This document shows, in pieces, positions 56,670 to 64,000 of a stretch of 64,000 nt of DNA (its first letter is position 1; the number at the start of each line of letters is the position of its first letter). The position numbers and the translations under genes were made by a program. The stretch is taken from positions 32,001-96,000 of the forward strand of contig CAVYYI010000001.1 in the NCBI GenBank assembly GCA_963772725.1, in the 5' to 3' direction. The notes under the pieces were generated by a model that ran no database searches, was not told the DNA's origin, and saw only the letters and a list, made by a program, of their open reading frames with translations. Source of the DNA: an uncultured Phycisphaerales bacterium. Lineage in GTDB: Bacteria > Planctomycetota > Phycisphaerae > Sedimentisphaerales > Anaerobacaceae.

Positions 56670-58014
56670 ATGGAGAGCCAAACCATGAAAAAAATGATGA
56701 TGATAAATATTGTTATTGTGCTGATGGCAGCTTCTGGAGTGTCTTTCGGCAAAGATGCAAACAATGGCAATAAGCTGAAAATCGAGAAAGACAAGTCCGC
56801 GATAACTTCGGAAGAACGTGCCAAATGGTTTCAGGATGCCAAATTCGGTATGTTCATTCACTGGGGACTTTACGCAGTACCTGCCGGGGAATGGAAAGGC
56901 CATGAAGTTAAAGGTATCGGTGAATGGGTGATGTTCCGGGAGAAGATACCTGTAGCTGAATATGAGCAATTAGCAAAACAGTTTAACCCGGTAAAGTTCG
57001 ACGCCGATGCGTCGGCACAAGTGGCGCAGGACGCTGGAATGAAATATATGGTGATTACCGCCAAACATCATGACGGATTCGCAATGTACGATTCCAAGGT
57101 GAGTAAATACGATATAGTTGACGCCACACCATTTAAGCGGGACCCGATGAAAGAGCTTGCGGCGGCATGCGCCAAACGCGGGATAAAGTTCGGTTTCTAT
57201 TATTCACAGGCGCAGGACTGGCATGAGAAAGACGCAGTGGGCAATACCTGGGACTGGCCAAATGAGGATGAAAAGGATTTCGCCAAGTACCTCGAAGAGA
57301 AGGTAAAGCCGCAGGTCAGGGAGCTTTTGACACAGTATGGGCCTGTATGTCTGATATGGTTTGATACTCCTAAGAAAATAAGCAAAGAACAGAGCCAGAT
57401 GCTGACAGATTTTGTTCATTCTATTCAGCCTGCCTGCCTTGTAAGCGGTCGGGTGGGACATGAAGCCGGCGATTATCAAGAGACAGGCGACAATAAAATT
57501 CCAGCTCAAGATATGGGCGGACCCTGGGAGAAGCTGCGGAACTATAAATGATACGTGGGGCTACAAGAAGAATGATAACAATTGGAAATCGAGCGAAACT
57601 CTGATTCAAAATCTTGTAAAACTTTCGTGCAATAACGGCAATTACCTGTTGAATGTAGGACCAACGGCACAAGGTGTTATCCCGGAGCCAAGTGTTGAGA
57701 GATTAAGGGAAGTGGGCAAATGGCTCAAAGTCAACGGCGAAAGCATCTATGGCACAACAGCCAGTCCGATAGGTGAATTCAGCTGGGGTAAATGCACGGC
57801 AAAACCGGGGAAACTTTATCTTCACGTATTTACCTGGCCGGCAAACGGCAAACTTGAAGTGACTGGTCTGAAAAAGGAAGTTAAAAAGGCGTATCTGCTT
57901 GCTGACAAAGATAAGGCCGCTCTTTCAGTAAAAACCGAAGCGGACAAGGCTGTGATCGATGTTCCGGAAAAAGCCCCTGACGCATTTGATACTGTTGTTG
58001 TGCTTGAAATATGA
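56670..58014 (+). CDS. Second alpha-L-fucosidase (GH29), exported; frameshift near 57530
   Basis: WFQDAKFGMFIHWG, TAKHHDGF, IWFDTP, TINDTWGY and YLLNVGP motifs. Confidence 0.9.
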
Positions 58015-58055
58015 ACTTAAAAGTTAGAATGTTTGTTAAAGATAAGGAGTGAACT

Positions 58056-58346
58056 ATGAAACTTAGGCCTTTGGATGACGGAGTGATAGTAAAGCAGCTT
58101 GATGCCGAGGAAAAGACCGCGGGCGGAATTATTCTGCCTGATACGGCCAAAGAGAAACCACAGATGGGAAAGGTAATAGCAATCGGACCAGGCAAAATAC
58201 TGGAAAACGGAAAAGAGAAAAAAATGGCCGTAAAAAAGAACGATGAGGTTATTTACGGCAAATACATTGGAAATGAAGTGGAAATCGACGGCGAAAAATA
58301 TGTAATTCTCCGGGAAAACGATATTCTGGGAATAATCGAAAAATAA
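58056..58346 (+). CDS. groS: Co-chaperonin GroES
   Basis: [22 protein letters not shown] and ILRENDILG motifs. Confidence 0.96.
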   Translation: MKLRPLDDGVIVKQLDAEEKTAGGIILPDTAKEKPQMGKVIAIGPGKILENGKEKKMAVKKNDEVIYGKYIGNEVEIDGEKYVILRENDILGIIEK

Positions 58347-58361
58347 GAGAGGTAATTAACT

Positions 58362-59982
58362 ATGGCAAAGCAATTAATGTTTGACGAATCAGCAAGAACA
58401 GAACTTAAGGACGGTATGAGTCAACTGGCAGCGGCGGTCAAGGTAACTCTTGGGCCGACCGGCAAGAATGTAATTCTGCATAAAAGCTACGGCTCGCCCA
58501 AAGTGACAAAGGACGGCGTCTCAGTCAGCAAGGAAATCGAACTGCCCGAGCCGTTCAAGAATATGGGCGCAAAAATGGTAAACCAGGTCGCCAGCAAAAC
58601 AGCGGACGTCGTCGGCGACGGCACGACCACTGCGACGGTTCTTGCCGAGGCGATTTATGGTGAAGGATTGAAGTACGTCACCGCCGGCGCAAATCCGGTG
58701 GCGATTCAGCGAGGCATAAATAAGGCTGCCGAAGTCGCGGCAAAATACATCAAGTCGGTCAGCGTGCCGGTCAAGGGCCACAGCGACATCGCAAAGGTGG
58801 CGACCATCAGCGCCAACAACAACCCTGAAATCGGCGAAATTCTTGCCGACGCGATTGACAAAGTCGGCAAAGAAGGCGTCATCGAGGTCGAAGAAGGCAA
58901 GGGGATGGAAACTGAACTGACCGTCGTCGAAGGTATGCAGTTCGACAAAGGCTACATCTCGCCTTATTTTATGACCAATCCGAACACACTCGAAGCGGTT
59001 CTCGAAGACGCGTATATTCTTCTGCACGAAAAGAAGCTCACTAACATGCGTGAAATGCTGCCCTTGCTTGAAAAGATCGCCCAGGTCGGCAAACCTCTTC
59101 TGATTATCGCGGAAGATGTTGAAGGCGACGCATTGGCGGCGCTGGTAATTAACCGCTTCAGGGTATGCTAAAGATTTGCGCGGTCAAAGCACCTGGCTTC
59201 GGCGACCGCAGAAAAGCGATGCTTGCCGATATGGGTGTTGTAACCGGCGGCGAGGTAATTACCGAAGATTTGGGCATAAAACTCGAGAAGATCGAGCTTT
59301 CGCAGCTTGGTAAGGCCAAAAAAATTGTCGTCGGCAAGGAAAACACAACGATAATCGAAGGCGCCGGCAAGAAGAAAGAAATAACAGCTCGCTGCGAACA
59401 GATCCGCAAACAGATCGAAAAAACAACCAGCAGTTACGACAGCGAAAAACTTCAGGAACGTCTGGCAAAACTGACCGGCGGCGTAGCGGTCATTAAGGCT
59501 GGAGCGGCGACCGAAACCGAAATGAAGGAACGCAAGGACCTTCTCGATGACGCACTGCACGCCACCAGGGCGGCAACCGAAGAAGGCGTTGTTGCCGGCG
59601 GCGGTATAATTTTCCTGCGGGCTATCCCGGAGATTAAAGCGGCAAGGCAAAGGTCAAAGGCGATGAGAAAATCGGCTTCGATATCGTCGCCAATGCGCTT
59701 AAGGCCCCGACGACTCAGATTGTGGACAATTCCGGCGAATATGGCGATGTGATTGTCGCGGAGCTTCTTGAAAAACTTGAAAAGGATAAAAACGCAGGTT
59801 ACGACGCCAATATCGGTGAGTTTGTCGATATGTTCAAGGCCGGCATTATTGACCCGGCAAAGGTCGCCCGAACCGCTCTGCAGAATGCGGCCTCGGTTGC
59901 AGGACTTATGCTGACGACCAACGTGCTGATCACTGATCTGAAGGATAAGGACGAGGCTCCGGCTGCCGGTGCGGTAAGATAA
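58362..59982 (+). CDS. groL: Chaperonin GroEL paralogue 2 (no GGM tail), two frameshifts
   Basis: [24 protein letters not shown] and GIIDPAKV across three frames. Confidence 0.94.
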
Positions 59983-60031
59983 TATTGAGAAGATGCACCT
60001 TTGCGGCATTGCATTATAACGAGAGGAATAT

Positions 60032-61164
60032 ATGGCAAAACGGGATTATTACGAGGTTCTGGGCGTAGACAAGGACGCTTCCGCTGATGATATAAAACGC
60101 GCCTATCGCCGGATGGCGATGAAGTATCATCCCGACAAAAACCCCGGCGATAAGGAGGCTGAAGCGAAATTCAAGGAATGCGCCGAGGCTTACGAGGTTC
60201 TCAGCGACGCCGACAAACGCCGGCAGTACGACCAGTTCGGCCACGAGGGGCTTCGCGGTTCGGGCATGCACGATTTTTCGCAGATGACGTGGACGACATC
60301 TTCAGCATGTTCGACCTCGACGATTTGTTCGGCGGATTCTTCGGCGGAAGAACCAGAACTTCAGGCAGAAGAGGCGGCGTGACCCGCGGTTACGACCTCG
60401 AAACCACAGTGGAACTAACGCTTGGTGAAATCGCCAAAGGCACCGAAAAAACAATTGAGTTCACTCGCCAGGATGTATGCACGGAATGTAGCGGGACGGC
60501 CTGTGCTAAAGGGACATCGCCAACAACGTGTCCATCGTGCAGCGGCAGCGGACAGGTCGCAAGGGGCGGCGGATTTTTCCAGATGGTCTCCACGTGCCCT
60601 CAATGCAGAGGGACAGGGAAAATAATAAGCACGCCCTGCAAGGAATGTCACGGCAGCGGCACTATTCCAAAGAAAAGAGTAGTTACGGTCAAAATTCCGG
60701 CGGGCGTTCACGAGGGACAGGGCATCAGGATTGCCAATGAAGGCGAACCAGGACAGGGCGGCGGCCCGAGAGGCGACCTTTATTGCTATATCAGGATAAA
60801 GCCGCATGAGTTTTTGCAGCGGGATGGAAGCAGCCTGATTGCGGTTGTCCCGATAAGTTTTACGCAGGCGGCGCTGGGAGCGACTATTGATGTGCCGAGT
60901 CTTAACGGTACCAAGCAACTAAAGATACCGGCAGGCACGCAGTATGGCAGCGTGTTCAGAATAAAAGGCGAGGGTCTGCCTGACATGCGAACCGGTCGCA
61001 GAGGCGACCAGCTTGTGCAGATTACAATTGAGACACCCGTGAAACTCAACGCTCAGCAGCAGCAGCTTTTGACAGAGTTTACCAAAACTGAGAATAAAAG
61101 CGTTTCGCCGCAATCGGCGGGGTTCTTCGAAAAATTAAAAAGATATTTTGGTAATGGCGTATGA
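60032..61164 (+). CDS. dnaJ: Co-chaperone DnaJ, one frameshift near 60288
   Basis: J-domain HPD, four CxxCxGxG-type repeats and the C-terminal domain. Confidence 0.95.
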
Positions 61165-61781
61165 AGCATAAAGATTCGGAAAAATCAAAAGAAGAAAAAC
61201 CTGCTGGTGAGCAGCAAAACCAGCAGGAAAATGCCCCCCACGCCGCTGAAAAGGAATTGCAGGAGCTTGCCGCCAAGGCAGAGACGCTGCAAAAAGAAAA
61301 AGATGAGCTTTTTGCCAAGCTCCAGCGGCTAAGCGCGGACTATCTGAATTTTCAAAAGCGTGTGCCAAAACAAATCGAGGAGGCGGTTATTTACGAAAAA
61401 GAAAAGATGGTCAAAATGCTTCTGCCCTCGCTGGATAATTTTGAGCGTACTCTTAATAACATTGAGAAAGTTGACAACATTAAAAGCCTCTCCGCCGGTA
61501 TAAAAATTGTTTATGACCAGATGCTCGAAATCCTGAAAACTCACGGCGCCGAGCAGATAAGCGAAATCGGTGAGAAATTCGACCCTTCGCTTCACGAGGC
61601 GGTAGTTCAGCAGAACGAGGAGACAAAGGAAGATAATATAGTTCTTGAAGAGTTTCAAAAAGGCTACCGGATGAGCGGAAGGACGATAAGGCCCAGTAAA
61701 GTCGCGGTAAATAAGCTGCTGCCGAAAACCCCTGCGCAGGAGGAGTCGTCGGAAGAGCCTGAAACGACGGACACGGAGTGA
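61161..61781 (+). CDS. grpE: Nucleotide exchange factor
   Basis: ADYLNFQKR, LDNFER, FDPSLHEA and QKGY..RTIRP motifs. Confidence 0.95.
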   Translation: MKHKDSEKSKEEKPAGEQQNQQENAPHAAEKELQELAAKAETLQKEKDELFAKLQRLSADYLNFQKRVPKQIEEAVIYEKEKMVKMLLPSLDNFERTLNNIEKVDNIKSLSAGIKIVYDQMLEILKTHGAEQISEIGEKFDPSLHEAVVQQNEETKEDNIVLEEFQKGYRMSGRTIRPSKVAVNKLLPKTPAQEESSEEPETTDTE

Positions 61782-61786
61782 TTTAG

Positions 61787-62074
61787 ATGCCTACTTATGA
61801 TTATATTTGCCAGAGCTGCGAGGGCGAATTTGAGCAGTTTCAATCCATAACGGCCAAGCCCATCCGGCGATGCCCTCTATGCGGCAAGAACAAGGTAAAA
61901 CGCCTCATCGGCACCGGCGCCGGCGTGATTTTCAAAGGCTCTGGTTTTTATCAGACCGATTACCGAAGCGAAAGCTACAAAGCCGGAAAGAAAAATGAAA
62001 AGACCGCCCCTGAAAGTTCATCAGAAAAAACGAGCAAGCCTGTCAAGCCAAAGCCAGAGAAAAAAAGTCCCTAA
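61787..62074 (+). CDS. FmdB-family zinc-ribbon protein
   Basis: MPTYDYICQSC...CPLC...FKGSGFYQTDY. Confidence 0.9.
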   Translation: MPTYDYICQSCEGEFEQFQSITAKPIRRCPLCGKNKVKRLIGTGAGVIFKGSGFYQTDYRSESYKAGKKNEKTAPESSSEKTSKPVKPKPEKKSP

Positions 62075-62119
62075 CACACATTTTTCTTATAAATATTTGA
62101 CCCTAACTTGAATAGTATC

Positions 62120-62183
62120 TGCGCAAAATGGTTACTATTTTGCGCAAAATAGGGTTTACTTAGTCTGATAATTGTGCTATAAT
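62120..62183 (+). promoter_or_regulatory. Activator-dependent promoter, copy 3
   Basis: TGCGCAAAAT repeats at 62120 and 62141, then TTTACT-N17-TATAAT; the spacer shares TCTGATAA with copies 1 and 2. Confidence 0.7.
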
Positions 62184-62300
62184 ACAATATTGTTACCGTG
62201 GTTAGAATGTTTGCTGTTTGGCAACATTTTGTAATCCGGGTCAGGATGGTTAAATATACCCAGCATTTTCGGATATCCTACCGGGATGGAGGTAAAAGGG

Positions 62301-64000
62301 ATGAGTTCGATTATTTGTAAAAAAACAATACTCTTAATGATTCTGGGCTCGTTGCTGATTTGGACGGGTCATGTCTTTGGAGCGACATATACCTGGGACT
62401 ATGATGGAACTGACAGGCTCTGGAAAACGGCGGCAAATTGGTCATCGGATACTGTGCCGACAAGTGCCGATAACGCACAGATAGATTCATCCGGTGCAAA
62501 CAAACCGATTATCGATTTGACACATACCGGCGCCAGTCAAGCAATATGCGCTTACACTTATGTGGGGTACGGTTCAGGCGCCACAGGTGAACTTTCCATG
62601 ACAGGCGGCCTGTGGACTGCGGCAAGCAGTTATGTAGTACCCGGCTACAGCGGCACCGGCACAATTACAATGAGCGGCGGCACGCTTGATGCGAGCGCCG
62701 CAAGCGGCATTATTGTCGGCTGGTATCCCGGCAGCACGGGAACTTTTACTATCAGCGGCGGCAGCGTGAACGCCAACAAGGCCGGAGCCTCGGGCATCAG
62801 GTGCGGCTATAACGGCAGCGGCGCAATAAATATGACGGGCGGCTCAGTTCTGGCTCTTCAGATGCTTATTCCTTATACCGCAGGCAGCACCGGACGTTTG
62901 CATTTGGACGGCGGCAGACTCGAACTGACATCCAGCACATTTACGATAAATACTGGCGGCCTGGTGGATATCAGCGGAGGTACGCTGATAATCAGCGGCG
63001 ACGTTAGGACAGCAATAAGCGATTATTTCGATAACGGCAAGATTACCGCATTCGACGGCGAAGGATTCCTTAATGTAACGTACGCAAGCAGTAAGACAAC
63101 AGTAACAGCAAGGCCGTTTGTTTTGACTTTCAGCGATGATTTCAGTGGAAGCACGCTTGACTGCAATATTTGGCAGAATCCCCATTGGAGCCCAGGCTCT
63201 AACCGATTCAGCCAAAATATCGAGGTGAGCGGCGGTAAGCTTAAACTAAACAGTGTCTATAATGCCCCCTGGTATCCTGGTGCGTGGAGCTTTGGCACGA
63301 TTAGTTCAAAATTCTGGCAGCATTATGGTCGTTTTGTAACTTCATATAAATGTGCTAATGATAGCGTTTTAAACCAGGCATTCTGGTTAAATACCCCCGA
63401 ATTCGGCGATGACCCGGATGGTGCTTATGTTTCTGTTGCGGACCAGGATGACCGCTTCGAGATAGATATCCAGGAGACACACGTCAACCCCGACCAGCTG
63501 CGTATGAACCTTCACGACTGGAGACCTACCCATACTTCAACAGGTGCGACAGTAGTAGGGGTAAGCGGGTTAGAAGATAGTTACCATACGTTTGGTTTCA
63601 CATGGTTTAACGACGGCACCGATAAAATGAAATGGGATTACGATGGAGTTAAACAGCGAGAGACCACATGGTCTCATGGTAAAACCAGTTCTGTAATGGA
63701 AGTGTTGTTCAGTACCCTCTTTGGCGACAACGCCGCTACTATGGAGGTCGATTGGGTAAAGGTTTATGAATGGCCTACTTACTGGACAGATGGTTCTTAC
63801 ACCTTCCCGAAGTGCACCATCGAGGCTGGTAATAGAGACGCTTTCACCAAGACCTTTGTGATTATGAACGATACTGGCAATATCGTAAACTTTACCGGTG
63901 TCAATGCAGAAATAACAGGAACGGATGCTAATCAGTTCAGTTGCAGCCTTGATTCGAGCAGCTCAATTCCCGCGGGCAAATACCGTCTTGTGTCGGTAAC
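62301..64000 (+). CDS. Secreted modular protein with the same N-terminal chassis followed by a GH16 domain; runs off the window's right edge
   Basis: Not in the ORF track. Hand translation: GGAGGT RBS, MSSIICKK signal peptide, ATYTWD..LWKTAANW, then LTFSDDFSG, YGRF, AFWL, catalytic EIDIQE, YHTFG and MEVDWVKVY. Confidence 0.88.
   Translation, partial: MSSIICKKTILLMILGSLLIWTGHVFGATYTWDYDGTDRLWKTAANWSSDTVPTSADNAQIDSSGANKPIIDLTHTGASQAICAYTYVGYGSGATGELSMTGGLWTAASSYVVPGYSGTGTITMSGGTLDASAASGIIVGWYPGSTGTFTISGGSVNANKAGASGIRCGYNGSGAINMTGGSVLALQMLIPYTAGSTGRLHLDGGRLELTSSTFTINTGGLVDISGGTLIISGDVRTAISDYFDNGKITAFDGEGFLNVTYASSKTTVTARPFVLTFSDDFSGSTLDCNIWQNPHWSPGSNRFSQNIEVSGGKLKLNSVYNAPWYPGAWSFGTISSKFWQHYGRFVTSYKCANDSVLNQAFWLNTPEFGDDPDGAYVSVADQDDRFEIDIQETHVNPDQLRMNLHDWRPTHTSTGATVVGVSGLEDSYHTFGFTWFNDGTDKMKWDYDGVKQRETTWSHGKTSSVMEVLFSTLFGDNAATMEVDWVKVYEWPTYWTDGSYTFPKCTIEAGNRDAFTKTFVIMNDTGNIVNFTGVNAEITGTDANQFSCSLDSSSSIPAGKYRLVSV

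Overview
Bacterial chromosomal window, most consistent with a Planctomycetota (Phycisphaerae/Sedimentisphaerales-like) genome. This is inferred from the PEP-CTERM protein, mcsA-mcsB, two groEL paralogues, the SPA..LSW..SHDVY.GT..YYWRIDE repeat modules and the heptamer-type intergenic repeats. Many essential genes (proC, purC, mcsB, dnaK, yidC, groL2, dnaJ) are split by small indels, most likely long-read sequencing errors. Housekeeping content: ffs (SRP RNA), tRNA-Cys, ferredoxin, proC, purC, an M16 peptidase pair, rsmE, an NtrC-family regulator, dapF, rplU, queD, mcsAB, dnaK, mnmE, yidC, an ECF sigma/anti-sigma pair and a groL-groS-groL-dnaJ-grpE cluster. Accessory content: a probable type II restriction-modification pair, four IS elements with readable ends and target duplications, and an FN3 gene beside a 21-bp-period array. 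The most notable system is an island between dapF and a cysG-like gene. It holds two tandem cassettes, each an XylR-type regulator plus a giant secreted modular protein with an unrecognised ~850-aa core. The cassettes are delimited by three copies of a direct-repeat element and are reciprocally disrupted by IS insertions. A third gene at the window end shares the promoter design and N-terminal chassis but carries a GH16 domain. Also notable: two GH29 fucosidases embedded inside the chaperonin cluster, and sigma54-type promoters with a shared palindrome upstream of dnaK and groL.
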